Below are positions 37,101-52,100 of a stretch of 64,000 bases of DNA, in pieces. The stretch covers positions 18,662,001-18,726,000 of the forward strand of contig CM069165.1 in NCBI GenBank assembly GCA_035221665.1, in the 5' to 3' direction. Position numbers and translations under genes: made by a program. This stretch comes from Okamejei kenojei. Its lineage: Eukaryota. Under the pieces are notes generated by a model that was not told where the DNA came from, did not search any database, and saw only the letters and a list, made by a program, of their open reading frames with translations. The stretch's first letter is position 1. Each line of letters opens with the position of its first letter.

Positions 37101-40100
37101 CATCGAACGAAACAAGTCCAGTCACGGAGATATAATAAGGCAAAATCAGAATGCAATTTCTTCAAATTTAAGGGACCAACAATCATAAACTCAATCTCCA
37201 AATTTCGTTATAGCAGAATAACCGAGAACTCGTCAAAAAAACGGAACCTTTGGATTTTACAGCTGTGACTACTGACCTTAATGTAAAGTTAATTCATGTT
37301 TTCAGTCTGATAATTCTTAATCCACTCCAAATTTAACTTTAATTAAAGAGTAAAATAAGTTTATTAACTCCTTCTAAAAAGTGCATGATATACAATTTTG
37401 AAATCTCCAAACCAATGTGCTGATCAAGCCACTCCAGCATGGTGTCACTTACAATATTTGGATTCATTTCAACAGCTGCAGCAGACAAAATGGAATCATC
37501 ATCACAAAGAATTTGAACAAAGTATGACTTTTAATTGCTACTTGTATCAGTAATGCTTCAGAAAGACTGTGCATTACGTGTTGCTGGGATGATATTTCCT
37601 GAGCAAATACCCTATCATTCCCGTTAAATAAATTGATATGTGTTTGGTAGCTTGCCCTAACAAAACTATTTTATGTGTGGTGAACATGCACTTAATTTTT
37701 TCCTTGCCGTTAAAAGTTTTATTGAACCGGATAGCTAAATTTAGTGTGTTTCTATAGACAAAAGGTTTTTCTACCCCATAACTGGGGTTCATTGCTTGCT
37801 GTTGGCACGTTTAGCAGCTGCCAGTACACGGACATGCTCAAATACAGACAGATCCAATTTCAAAGTTTGAATGTGGAGTGACAAGTTCACTACCGTGTTT
37901 CGCTTCAACTGACCTGCAGTAGCGCACCGTGCTCAGAAATAGAACAGAATACAAGGATGCATTATTTAAGTTATAAACTCCCAACATTCTAAATGAAATA
38001 GAGCGCAAGTGAATTTGCCTGCATTTCTTGTCCCATCAGTCCCAGGACAACCATAGCAACACTGTCATGAAACAAATTAACTCATCAATCATTGGCAACC
38101 CGCAAATCAAACTATTTAAATTACGAGATAATGGGCGCCACATAAAGTTTGCATCCATTTGATTTTCTAGTTTACTTTCTCTTTTAGAAACATAGAAACA
38201 TAGAAATTAGGTGCAGGAGCAGGCCATTCGGCCCTTCGAGCCTGCAACGCCATTCAATTTGATCATGGCTGATCATCCAACTCAGTATCCTGTACCTGCC
38301 TTCTCTCCATACCCCCTGATCCCTTCAGCCACAAGGGCCACATCCAACTCCCTCTTAAATATGGCCAACGAACTGGCCTCAACTACCTTCTGTGGCAGAG
38401 AATTCCACAGATTCACCACTCTCTGTGTGAAAAACGATTTTCTCATCTCAGTCCTAAAAGACTTCCCCCTTATCCTTAAACTGTGACCCCTTGTCCTGGA
38501 CTTCCCCAACATCGGGAACAATCTTCCTGCATCTAGCCTGTCCAACCCCATTTACCTTGTTCATAGCATCGACTGCAGGGTAATACCAGTAAGGTACTTC
38601 CCAGAAAGTCTGCCATGAAGCCAGTATTCATCTGCACAGAATCACGCAATGGTTGCTCTCCAACCAGAGGCTTGAGCTCATTCGAGCTCAGAGAGACGCC
38701 ATGAGAATGTTCAACAGTTGCTTCAATCCCAGAATCTTGCCCCGTCAGAAGTCCATTCCAGGTGGAGCCTCTTCACACATGCACACCTCAAGCTGGGCTA
38801 TTTGCCACAACTGATTCTCTCCTCCTTGCTTTTACTTAAAGTAACCACATGCAAAAAGTGACTTGTCAGCTACTCATAATGGGTCTAACTCCTATTTAGA
38901 GGGTTCATCCAATCAAGGTTAATACTAACACATATGTTTTTCAGTACTTCAGATCTCAGTGTCAAAGATGCTTTAGTATAATATGCACATGACTGCAAAC
39001 AGAATAAAATGTAGCGCCTCTGTTTAGAAGGAATATAGTTTGAACATTCCATGCATTCGGGAGATTGTAGTGCAGTTTACCTCATCAGCTGGCAGCGTGG
39101 CAAGTGGTTTTATGACTGTAGTGAGGGGAACCTGACATTGTTTTGCCATATCTGAAGTGCAAGGTATATTGTAAGTTGCACATCGAATAAAACGAGGACT
39201 TGCATTCCCTGCAAGACAACAAAATAAGTTTTATGCTCCGATGCAATCAATGTTTTACTTTATAAATGCACTATTAAGGAGCCGTTTCATTTGCAAACCT
39301 CCATTTGGTGTGCTCTTTTTCATTGATTTAACCAAAATTTAAAAACGTAATTTACAGTATTTTTGAGTGCTTCATTTGTATGTAACATATATCATATACT
39401 GCAAGGAAACATCAGTGATCTAAAACATTCGTAGGTTGGTTTGAAAAGAGAAAAAGTTTGGCAAGTAATCACAACTGTGGGCAAAATAACAACACACGTT
39501 TAAATACAAGTACACACCTCACAAGTATATTTAATAATAAACACCCCTAAAAACACAAGTAAATCATGTATAGCACTGAGTCTGTCTTTAGCTAGATTAA
39601 TCAATTTAAATGAAAGAACATTTAGTTAAAAGCATATGAGGACTACAAATAAGAACAAATGTGAAATATGAGTTTATAATTTACTACGCATAATAAAAGT
39701 TGGGGTTAGGCAACAGGAAACAAGATGCTGCAATTGATTAAGAGATCGGTACAATCAACTGTGTATGTTCAATGTATGCTCTGCCATGCCAACGTAATGG
39801 GGAAAAAAAAATTGCTCAGGCCCTGTATGTGGAAAACCCAGGATGCTGGAATTGAGTGGCAGTTTTGCTAGTTACTTTGCTGGACTTAAGCCCTTGAACT
39901 GTAAATTGAGACAGGCAATTCTTGAAGCATTTATCCCATTCATTTTAGTTTTTCAGAAGTCTATTACATCAATGTGAAATCACCCAATATTTTTACAACC
40001 AAGACATATTGACAGATGTGGGTATATCTTGAGCAGCCATAGAAGCAGGTTATAAAGGCCCATCGGCCCAACTCATCTATGCCAACCAAGATGCCCAATC

Positions 40101-43100
40101 TAAGCAAGTCCCATTTGCTCATGCCTGGTCCATATCTATGGCCTTTCCTAGCCTCAACTATATCATTTGGCAGTTTTTTTTCATATATCATGTGTGGAAA
40201 AGATTGCTCCTTAGGTTCCTATTAAATCTTTCCCCTCTCGCGTGAAAGAGGTCAATATGATTTGCATGCAATCTTTGCTTCAAATCACAAATATGAAGGT
40301 GTTTTGTTGAACATATCAAGCTGAGCAAATTAAATCTACCTTGATCCTTTACCACAAAGTCAGTAGTCACGAGTGGTGGAACTTGTCCTCTTACACCTGT
40401 TGAAAATGGTTCAGATCCTCGATTCGACTTATCATCCTCAATTACTTGGATCTGTTACAGCACACAATACAATATTTTAGAATCATTTATTAAAGTTCAA
40501 GTTATCCATTATCATTTGTAGATGAATAGATGCATTATAAGCTGGTATAAAAGGTATGAGCAGCCAATTCCACTATGTAACATTGACTAACCACTTAAAC
40601 CTTTGCAACAGTCTTGTGAATGCATGTGCTGCTTGTGCCATAAATGGCCTGGATGCTGAGTTAGCGAATCAACATTGGATCACAATTGCCTTTAGCACTC
40701 CTAACATGCCACGAGTAACGAAATCAGCCCAAATTCCCAATCAATGTGATAACTGTTCAAATGCAAAGGTGTACACGATTGAGCCTTCAACTGTGGTAGC
40801 CTCTCCACCCTGCTCAGTGTCTATTGTCTCAATTAACCATTTGGACAGTGTACCAAATAGGGTTTTGATGCCTGTGGAACAACACAAAAGCAAAAAAGCA
40901 CTAAAGTGCATATCTAAAGTGTGCAACACAGATGAATTGGAAGAAATTGGCAATGCTTGGAAAGGACAGGAAAAGTAGAAAATATTTTACATATCGAATC
41001 TAGACTTGCATTACACCAAACATTTGATAACTGAAGGTCTCCAATTGGAGAAAAACTTATTCAGCACCTGCTTTACACTGAAAAAAATTCAAAATAAGTA
41101 CATTGATTTAATGCAGCCACTAAAATTAGTTCTAAAAAGTCATAACAGTACCAAAGTACCGATAATTAAAGTCGCAGCTAGCTTGATTTTGGAATGGCAT
41201 ATAATCTCCATTCTAAAACTTCTCCAAACTTATTGTCACTACTAATTAATCTACCAAGGATTCTGCAATTAAAAATATCCCCAAAAAAAAAGAGACAAGA
41301 GGGTTTCCATCTCTTGCACAGGTTTCATAAAAATAATGAAAAATGTAGAGAAATTATAGTGATAAAGTGAAATGGAGGAAAAATAAAAACAGTATCTAGC
41401 TAATAATGCTAGTTAGTGCTGGAAATTAAAATCCAGACCAAAAATGCTCACCATGTATGCAAGTTTAGATCCTGTAATTAAATATAAATTTGTATCTAAT
41501 GCTAACCTATTAAAACATGACTGTAAGGTCACAACATTAACGTGTTCAAACACTAAATTCTCCACAAGTCACATGATAAAAGTTTTAGTAATCAATTGGA
41601 AACATTTGCAGTATATTTTCTTGGGCATACACTTTAGCTGTCATTTACCTTTTAAATAAAATGTGGAATGGCAAAATAGCACATACAAATTGCAACAACA
41701 TTATGACCTTACAGCATGTAGTTCACAATTGCAGATCAATGAGCCTTTGAGTTTAAGCAGGGCAGTAATGCAGAAGGTAACAGCACGTACATACAAGCAG
41801 ACTTACTGGACTAGGAATTGCATCTGGATCTATTCTATGTCTTGTTTTCTTTTGAGTTGGCAGTTCATTAAGTTGCTTAAAAGGGCACAAATGAGCAGCA
41901 AAACAGGAGAGAAACAAGAGTAACAATTGTTACTTCTACCTTCCTACACAAATGGTGCCATATCAGCAAGTCCTTTGATATACATCATTGCACATGCAAG
42001 TAGTGCTAATCAGTTAAGACAGCTATCTGAACATGTCAATACCAAATGCAAGACCTCTTAACTGCCTTAAAAGAAAATCAACATTTCCAGAAAATATTCT
42101 GGGAAAATAATTCCATCTATAAGTGTGTTAGCTCTTTAATTATGTGCTTTTCAAAATTAATTCAGAAAATCTGCTAAAATTAAGTGCAATTAAAAAAAAC
42201 CGATTGAAACTTATATGGTGTGGTTTTAATGTTTCTTTCATTCATGCCAGTTTCCCAGACACAAAAATGAGTTGAGAAAGCCAAATACATTAGACTGACC
42301 ATGTATGATTAAATGGTTAGTTGTGAAAGGATGTTTGCAACAAAGCAACCACATTCATCTCCTGGGTAGGGAAATTTCGATAATTAAAATATCCTCACCA
42401 GAATTAACTCCAAATGGTGCAAAACAAAGTAAATCACTGCAACTGCTTAAAGTAAAATAGTACCTCTTTTCCCTGAGATCGATGTATATCTATGGCAACC
42501 TATGCAAAAGTGTTGGGATACTGGCAGAATTCTCTTTTCAACCATTTGCTTTTCAATTAAAAAAATTCACCACTAATCTACGCATTTACTGATCTGAAAA
42601 TATTTGTTTAAAGTAGAAAGCTGAGAAAAATTATTAAGAGCAGTGTATTACCCTATACTTTAAAAACTCCCTAACAAAGATTCAAGGTCTTTGAATCATC
42701 TGCTTTCATAAATTCTGCAAACACTCAATCCAAAGTCTTGAGGACAACTGCACAAACAGAAATAACATCATTCAAACTCACCTATTCACAAAGAACCAAC
42801 AATCTCCCCATTATTGCATTGGTTTAAAAAATAATTATCAAATTTGCAGTTCTACTACTCTTTCCAAAGACTTTTCTAAGCATTATCACCAATTAACTAA
42901 CATGCTTCATGTCCACCTAAACCACTTAAAAGCTCAGCCAAAAAGTGAACTTTTGGTCTTTGGGACCCTTATAGTTACAGGTGCCAAAATATTAAATATC
43001 GGCTGGGGGTTACACAAAAAGCTGGAGAAACTCAGCGGGTGCAGCAGCATCTAAGGAGCGAAGGAGATAGGCGACGTTTCGGGTCGAGACCCTTCTTCAA

Positions 43101-46100
43101 TATCGGCTTATTGGCAAGTATTTCTAGCACATTTGGTATTCGATTTTTAACATCTGCAGTGATTCGGAATGCTGCACTTTTTACCCTGGATATATTATTT
43201 ATACATCTTGGATCGTTTTCAGACATATTGAAACAGCCTGATTTGGGTATCTAAATTCATGTGGTCAGCAACAGCGCAACTGTTAAAATTATTTTTGAGT
43301 ATGTTAAATTAACATGTAGAATACTAGTATAACATGTATAATACATGGATGCTAGGTATTCAACTAACAAATGTAGTAAAATCTCCATTGGTAATTAAAC
43401 ATTACCTGATATATCAGAAATAAATCAGCCCTGTAATGGCTGATTTATTTGTATTCCACAATGGAATACAAGTTTAAAACCCCTTTATAGCAAGGTTGTT
43501 TATTACCTTGCCTCAATACCTATCTTGGCATTTCAGGTCCAATCCTGCTGCCTTGTCTAACAGTCTCACTCTTTCTACATCTCGTGCTCTCTGTAGAAAT
43601 CAGCAGACTTAAATACATTTAAAAAAAAACATGACAAGATGAGGGATATAAACACTAGGTTCATCAGTTGCAACAGCAAACTGAATCTTAACGACTAGGT
43701 GTAAGGTAAACTGGAAGCAAAGATATTGATACCAGATCAGGAATGAACTAGTTTGTCCCACAAGCGTAAGACCACCAGAATTCAAACTATTCTGAATAAA
43801 ATTGGATCTATCAAGTAACACAATTTGCTAGTGCAGGAATTGCTATTACCAGACACAGCTTGTGCTGTGACACAAGCTGGTTACGTACATGTGAAATATT
43901 GAGGCTATACATTTTTTTTTTAAATGCCGACTCGTGAACATGGGTTCAAACATATTGAAAAAAGTTTTTTTTTGGGGGGGGGGGGGGGGGGGGGGTTTAC
44001 ATTAAAATCTCCAACACACCCATGCAAGTGAATCATTTTCAACCAATTTAGAGCAGAAAGTGAGAACATTTGCTGAGCAGTTCTACAAACATTAGATCAC
44101 AACAGGGTGAGTAACAAAAAAAAAAAAGTGTGCTTACAGGGCTTGGAATGCTGTCTGGGTCCAATCGTTTCTGCTGAGGTGGAGGTTGACTGCTGTAATT
44201 TGGTGCTCCAGTGGAAGGTGTGGCATAATTTGGTTGGGGCGCCCTCATTTGCCCAAAAGAACCTAGAACATCACATCAAGGTAAGTGGCAGACTTGCATG
44301 TCCCAACCCCACGTCATTATAAAACACCACTATCCATTCTTACAACTACAATTTGCTTTTGTGCAAATTCACTGACAAATTGGATAGTCACCCTTATAAA
44401 ATAGGCTAAGCAGAATGCATATCTAATAAAAAGCACACAGCAAGGTAGGCATCTGTTACATCTAGACGGCATCAGTTTTTCAAAAAAAAAACTCTTTTGA
44501 ATCCCACTTCAGAGCATCGCTCCCAGAATTGTGTAATGTATCAATCCAATTCCTCATTATAATGTATGACTGGATTGGTCCCACGACCCTTTTAGGCAGC
44601 ACGTTCAAAATCTTGCTTGGAAAAAATATTCAATTGCTCAACTTCCCTTCCTGCCTTTACTTAGAACTCATATTTGAAAGTGGGGCTCACGTGGGTGGAG
44701 ACAGAAATATTTTCATTCCTAGGCAGTACAGTTCTGTTCAACACGATGCTAGCAGTAGCAAAGATATCGATCGGAGAAAACTTTGTTCTATGTATTGCAT
44801 AAAAGCTTACCATTCTGTTGTGGTACAAATCCCTGATTAGGTGCTGGATGCATTTGAAAGCCCTGAGTTGGAGCACCAGGGATTGCCCCTGGCATTCCAG
44901 GCTGTGGACCCAAAGATCTGTGATTAGGCTGGGGTGGATAAGGTCCTGATGGTGGCTGTCCTGGCAGAGGTTGTCCATGCATCGTAGGAGGTCTTTGCAT
45001 TCCAACTGAAGGAGGATGATTCACACCCGTAAGACCTATAGATGTGGGAGGAGACGAGAAGGTTGATACTGGGGAGGGTTGCCCAGGAAAAGGATGCTGA
45101 AGAAGGCTATTATCTTGCGGTGTGCTTGAGGGAACATTCTGAGGCGGTGCAGAATACGCTGCTGGGCCCGCAGGCGGCAAACTAGTTGCAGTTGGAGGTC
45201 GAGAAGCAGGCGGGCCTGAAAACAGAATACATTTACAGTCATAAAGATTCCTACAGAAACAAAAGTAAAAAAAGCCATCAAGTTGATATAATTCACAAAT
45301 GATGCAGAAAAAACAAATAAGTTTCATAACCATTTCAGGCATTTGCACCTTGCCTTCATTATTAACCAGGCACCAAATGCACACGTTGGGGGACTTGGTC
45401 TAGTATCAATTAAAAGTGAGATTATATTTAAACCCTCAATAATGGACAAAGGTTTTTAACAATGGAAAAACTATGGAATTGCCATATGAGATGGGATCGC
45501 CCATCTCATCTTTTCAATTGATAAGATGGGCGATCTCTACAGGGAAAACTCCTTTCTTTCATTTCAAGAATTACAACAAATTTATGGATTACATTCAAAA
45601 GATTACTTTAGATATTTACAAATTAGAGACTGTAAAATCAAATACACAGGAATTTAGAAATAGAAAGACAGAAATTTTAGATGAATGTCTAAATAAACAC
45701 CCGAACACAGAAAATTTGATATCATGTATTTATAACATTTTATTGGAAAACAATGTACCAATGACATAAATATATAGGCAATTATGGGAAAACGAATTAG
45801 GTCAAATAATCAGACCAGAAATATGGGATGAAAGTTTACAACATATACACCACTGTTCGTTAAATGCTAGACACTCTTTGATACAATTTAAAGTTTTATA
45901 TAGATTGCATTATTCAAAATCCAAATTACATAGAATTTTTTCAAATGTATCTGCCATATGTGATAAATGTCAGCACTTAGAAGTGAATTTAACGCACTCA
46001 TTCACAAACTGTATAAAAATTACTAACTTATGGACAGAAATATTTAAGATAATTTCGAATGTTGTTAATACGAATTTGGTTCCTGACTCAAAATTAATAA

Positions 46101-49100
46101 TATTAGGAATATTAGAAACAGATCAATTAATAACAACAAATCAAATAATTGTTATCGATTACAGTTTAATAATAGGGAAAAAATTAATATTGAAATTTTG
46201 GAAAGGTCCTACATCCCCCACAATCAAAATGTGGATTACAGGAATGTCGGAGACACTTCACCTGGAAAGATTAAGACTTGTCCTACTGGACAAGCTGGAT
46301 CATTTCAGAGGGATATGGTCTCCATTTATTGAATATTTAAAGGGTCAAAATGGTTCGGTGCGAGAACCTGACTGAAGCCTGAAAATAAAAATAGATGAAG
46401 AATCACATATAATAAACCATAGATAGATCTCCAATGATGTGTAACCTGCTTAACACTTTGGATACATTAGCACAAAGACATTACATAAATTTACACTATC
46501 AAATAGTTACACTTACTTACAATTCCAATTATTTTCTAAGGCGATAATGGTGAATTTCATGCAAATAAAATATTCCACGAATTTACATGTAAATAAAAGC
46601 CAAACGAACTAAAGCACCAAGGGGCACAGGTACTTTTCAATGGATTAATTCATGTAATTACGTTAATATCATCCCAGACTGCTCGTGTTCTCCAGGGCCT
46701 GTGGTTGCAACATTGACACAAATATCTTCTTGGTCAGCATTACACCACTCAGGTCACACACTCATCTCACTGCTACTATTGAGAAGGTGGTCCTGAAGCC
46801 CGAGAACCATAACACCCATGTTCAAGAACAGCTTCCTCCCATCAGGCTTTTGATCCATACTGAACAACCCTACCTCAGCAATGATCTACTATGGACTTTG
46901 TTTTTGTTCCACAGTACTTCTGTTACACTATTATGATCTTCAAGTATCATCAAGTAAATGATTGCATTTTGATACTTTACATTTATTTGTTATGTTCTTA
47001 CATTAATAAGCCTGTAAGGTTGCAGCAAGTAAGGATTTCATCATTCCTCTACCAGTGCACATGACAATAAAACATTCTTCACTCTGTCTTGACAGGCTCT
47101 CATAAGAATAACTTGTGGTGCCCAGCTAGCAGAATGACCTGGGTTCAATTCCAACCTCCACTACCCAGTATTGCAACCTCCACTGCTCAAATTACCCAGA
47201 GCATTCTATGATGTTCTTAAAAATATTAGGAATGATCCTGTTCTCAGAATGGCAAATGATTGTCCTATGATGCACACGACTATTTCACAACTTCAACTGA
47301 ATCAGATCATTTTAACTTTACCTACCGTAACCTTGGCTGACAGGCGATGCACTGTTGCTGGAAACTCCAGTAATCTGCATGTGGGCCATCTGGTTTGGTA
47401 ACTGTTGAGCATGACTGAGCGAGGGGGCATACTGTTGATATGGCATCGGTTGACTGCCAGAATGAAGTGTATTACCAGACATGTATTGCTGAGACAGTGG
47501 AACCCTACAAAAAGATTTCAATAGTTAATTTATAATGTTTTTAACTGCAGAGCCAGAGTATGAACTGGGATAAAACACAGTTTGAACTGTAACAGTTACT
47601 CTGAAGGCAGGCAAATTTACCTCTTTCCTGCAAAGTGCCTGGGTTGAGTGCATATATGCCAACATTCAGCATTCCCATTCAAAGCTTCAAACATACTGAA
47701 TGTTTGCAAAACATTTCTCAACTGTGTTCCAATGCTGGTCTGCTCATGGACTTCAGCAGTGCATGAAACAGGTGCAATTGCCCAGCAAATTACACCACAT
47801 AAACTACCCACTAAAATCATGGCACATTAAGCCTATTGCAGGAACTACCTATTCATTCGAATAGAGCAAAACTGATAGAAAGGGATCTAACAGTTAAGTC
47901 ATTTCAAGAATAGCCAGGTTAATTTCAAAGTTTTTAATTCAATGTTACTATTCTAAATACTTTAAATGTTTACTGAGAAATTTCAGCAGACACCTTGTCC
48001 AAATGTCCTCATACAACTGTCAGAAAATTTAGGGCTTGAATGTAACATCAGTGTCAACTAAAGTCTCAAATTTCCTGTCATGTCCTCCCTGTTGTCATTC
48101 CAACTCACAATACAAATATGGAGTATCAATCTCAGTGTTTTCAAGCTGCACAGCAGACGATTCTGTCTGGTCAACCTGCATCAGCTTAGATGTGCTGCAG
48201 AATAAGAAACTTAATTCATTTCAGCGAGGAACCACTGAGGGAAGCGCGAGTTGGGAGTCAGAGGATGAATTGTAAATAATTAACATTTATTAAATTAACG
48301 GTATGTATCTCAGTGGTTCTTAGCATTTTCATCTTTAAAAGTTATTAACAGTATAATTTTTCACATTTTAATTTTGAAATCATTTGAATGGCAGAAACAT
48401 TAGCAGGCATTCAAACTCAGTTTTAACAATCAGTAAACTGGGATACGTGACTTTCATTTCTATGAACAGGACATGTTACTTATTATTTGAAGGGAAATGA
48501 AGTTGGTAGCTAACCTTGTGACCATGTTGCTCATGGAAGATACATTTCAAGCGCTGAGTACTCCGAAGCAAACTTCATGACAAATATGCAAACTTTATCA
48601 TTAATGTTTTATTATTATTAATGTTTAGTGTTTTCCAAGTCATTCGTAACTGTCACTGTATGTCATGTTGTTACTGGTGGGCGGAGCACCAAGGCAAATT
48701 CCTTGTATGCAAATACTTAGCCAATAAACTTACTTAAATGAGCTGCTGAATTGTTTCCCACCTCTTTTTTGGCATATCTCTCTAGTCGTCCCAGGCAGCT
48801 AATCTTATCCCATAGTGGTTACATTAAGATTGGCATATTTTTGTCATAAAAAAAAATAATTTCACTGCAAATAGAAGTCATGGCAACAAATGACCACAAA
48901 AGCATCAAGTTCAGATACCCTGCAGCAGCCTGTCATATGCTGATTTGAGTACCGAAGCATGCAGCATCTGAATTGCATTCCACTATTGGCCCAATATCAA
49001 GACATTTTTATGAATAAAGCATTACAAACTAGCCATCAGCAGCTTCTTTTATTTGAAATGCTTCTGAAGTGGATCTTCATGATAAGAAAGTGATGACACA

Positions 49101-52100
49101 GTGGCACAGCGGTCGAGTTGCTGCCTTACAGGGTTTGCAGCGCCAGAGGCCCTGGTTCGATCCCGACTACTGGTGCCATTTGTACAGAGTTTGTACATTC
49201 CCCCCGTGACCCTGTGGATTTACTTTGAGATTTTCGGTTTCCCCCCACACTCCAGACACAGGTAATTAGGTTAAATTGGCTTGGTACAAGTGTAAAATTG
49301 TCCCTAGCATGTGTAGGATAGTGTTAATGTGCGGGATCATGGTCGGTGCAGACTTGGTGGGCCGAAGGGCCTGTTTCCGTGTTGTATCTCTAAACTAAAC
49401 TAAAAGTGTGCTGAATGCTCGTTGTTCGGCATGAGCTGGATGATGAGATGTGTTACACACAAAAATTATGCACATTACAAGAAGAAGAACGTTACATCCT
49501 TGGTCCAACATAATGCTGCATATTTTCCATAAAGAATATGGTTATATTTCTAGTCTGTATAATAAAGTTTCCAAAGCACCCATTTGTGTAACAACTTTCA
49601 GTTTTGCATTTCATAAAATCATGTTACCGGTCTGTTCATATTTTGTAAATTGATGTTTGGCAAAGCTGAAGAAAGATCCTTCTAACTCTTGTTTTAAATG
49701 TATTTCAGTCTATCCTCTAATCTATCGCCCTACGAGTTATAAACTTCAACAAACCTTTGCATCTGCTCGGGTACTGCAGGACCGTTGTGTACGTCTCCCT
49801 GCCCATACTGATTATATACTGGCTGCTGTGCAGTTGTTGAGGGAGGAATTGAGGTTGGGGGCAGAGCTGATCCTGGTACTGTCCGCAAAGGTCCTACAAG
49901 AAACAATGACAGAATTTCAATTAATACAAAGAACAATAAATGCATCTATTTAATTCTTAGATGACATTATTTCAAAAATCAAGAGGTTTAACATTCCTTT
50001 CAAATTATAAAAAATAGAAATTGTGTAAAATGATGAACACTGGAAAACCTAGAATTTCATTTTTGAACAAGTATGGCATGGTTCCAGATTCAAATAAACC
50101 AGGTATTTGTAAAGAATTGACAATTTTGGTATGCCTATCATTTAAAACAAAAAAAGCTTAAAATGTGTTACAATTTGGGTCAATTTATCCAGAGTTGTTT
50201 GCCTTTGCCTCAATAAACTAGAAAAATATAACTGCATTTATCGACAGAAAACAGGGGACATGAAGATGGCCTGAATCATTGGTCACGTGAAATACCACCA
50301 CAAGATACTGGTGTATCCCCGAAAGTGCTTGTTGCAATTAAAGCAGTTGTCGGGTGAACTACACACAAAAAAAGCACTTTAAAAAAAGCACTTCCCAAAT
50401 TGTGCTAACATTAAAAAATGAAGGATGAACATTATGTAGAAATTCTAACTTGAACTTAATTAAAAATTCTAACCCACCAGACTTAAAATAAAAAATGGTC
50501 ACTTCCAATGCACCTTTTGCATCTTAAAACATACTTTCTGTCGGTATTATAGCTGGGTATGGCAGCTGCTATACCCAAAGCCGCAAGAAATAGCAGAGTT
50601 GTGGATGCCGCCCAGTCTACTAGGCAAAACTAGTTTCTTTTCCCAATCTACATCATTGCACCCTTGCACTTTAATTTAATCTGCATTTGTCTGTTGCTGT
50701 CACCCTACATTCTGCACTGTTTCATTTCGTTTTTGCACCAGAGATCGCACGACTTATGGAATGATTGGCCTGGATAACACACAAACCAAATAGTATACCT
50801 CAATACACAGTAAAATAACAGCCGTTTTAAACTTTCGAATCAGGTCGTGCACAGTGCAGCCAATTCATTTTAATGAGAACTCTAAACGGTAAGGAAAAGG
50901 CAAATGACATATTTTTTAACTTGCTTTGCACGAGGACATAATTATTAAAGTATAAAGTATAAAATATAATATTTTATTTTATTCATTATAGGAAATGCAA
51001 AACCCCGACTGCTGCAACAGACATCAAAGCTGAAGGTGTGATTTCGCCATCAGTTAATGTTTCCCTTGGAGAGTTGTGAGTAAACGTGTTCCTATCGGCA
51101 AGATTACTTTTCTGGCTTGAACACGGCAAAAATCACTGTGTAGTGGAGAGAATCTGACATTGCAAGACCAGCCCAGAAGGCAAGTGCAAATGCTGACTTA
51201 TGGGCAACACACAAGTTGCCATGTGTTGTCACAAGTGTGGAAAATTAAACTCAGTTAGAAAATTCCACAACTATAGCCCATTGAAATGCTCTAAACAAAA
51301 GGTTGATGGAAAGTTGCTTCGTGTGATAAAGCAGGATGAAAATTTAATGGCATTACAGATATTAAAACATTATTCAGTTCTTGCATTAGAAGGCAAAACA
51401 TCAAACCTTCATTCAACTTAATTGAACTAAATGTAGCAATTAATAAAATGACCAACTAAAAATAATCTATATGGGCTCAATTTTAATTCATACATTTCTA
51501 CAAAATGGGATTTTGCAATACGAAGATTTATGAAGAGCGAAATGAAGATGCAAAACCATTTAAAACACAATCTTGCTCTGTAAGGTAGAAATTGGTTACA
51601 GTTACTAAACATAGTTATGGGCTTGGGCAAAACGAGAAATTACTGCTCATCTTCAATTCTTCCTAAATCAAATCGTTTTCATAGCGATATGTTAAGTGAG
51701 ATTCTGGAATGACCTGCAGGCTAAAGGGAAGACTAATGATCTGCAGACTAAATGGCGGCACGGTGGCGCAGTGGTAGAGTTGCTGCCCTAATGTCACAGG
51801 GTGATGCCTGCATGGTCGTGAGTAGTCGCTCAAAGAGTCGTACCTTTTACTGGTCGCTGCTTTTCAACATGTTGAAAAATATCGGCCACCTGCTGCGATT
51901 ATGACGGGTGCCAGCAAGTCTTCGTAAGCGGGCCAGGCCCTTTATAGCGCTTGCAGCGCCGGAGACACTGGTTCGATCCCGACTATGGGCGCTGTCTGTA
52001 CGGAGTTTTTACTTTCTCCCTGTGTGTTTTCTCTGAGATCTTCAGTTTCCTCTCATACTCCAAAGACGTACAGGTTTGCAAGTTAATTGGTTTAGTATAA

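Noticed and set aside
40556-40978. 140-aa antisense ORF within a SEC24C intron
   Set aside because: No recognisable homology or splice signals; length is compatible with chance.
49095-49175. tRNA genes at SINE heads (also 18763 and 51752)
   Set aside because: A and B boxes are present but continue directly into the V core and LINE-derived tail; no complete cloverleaf.
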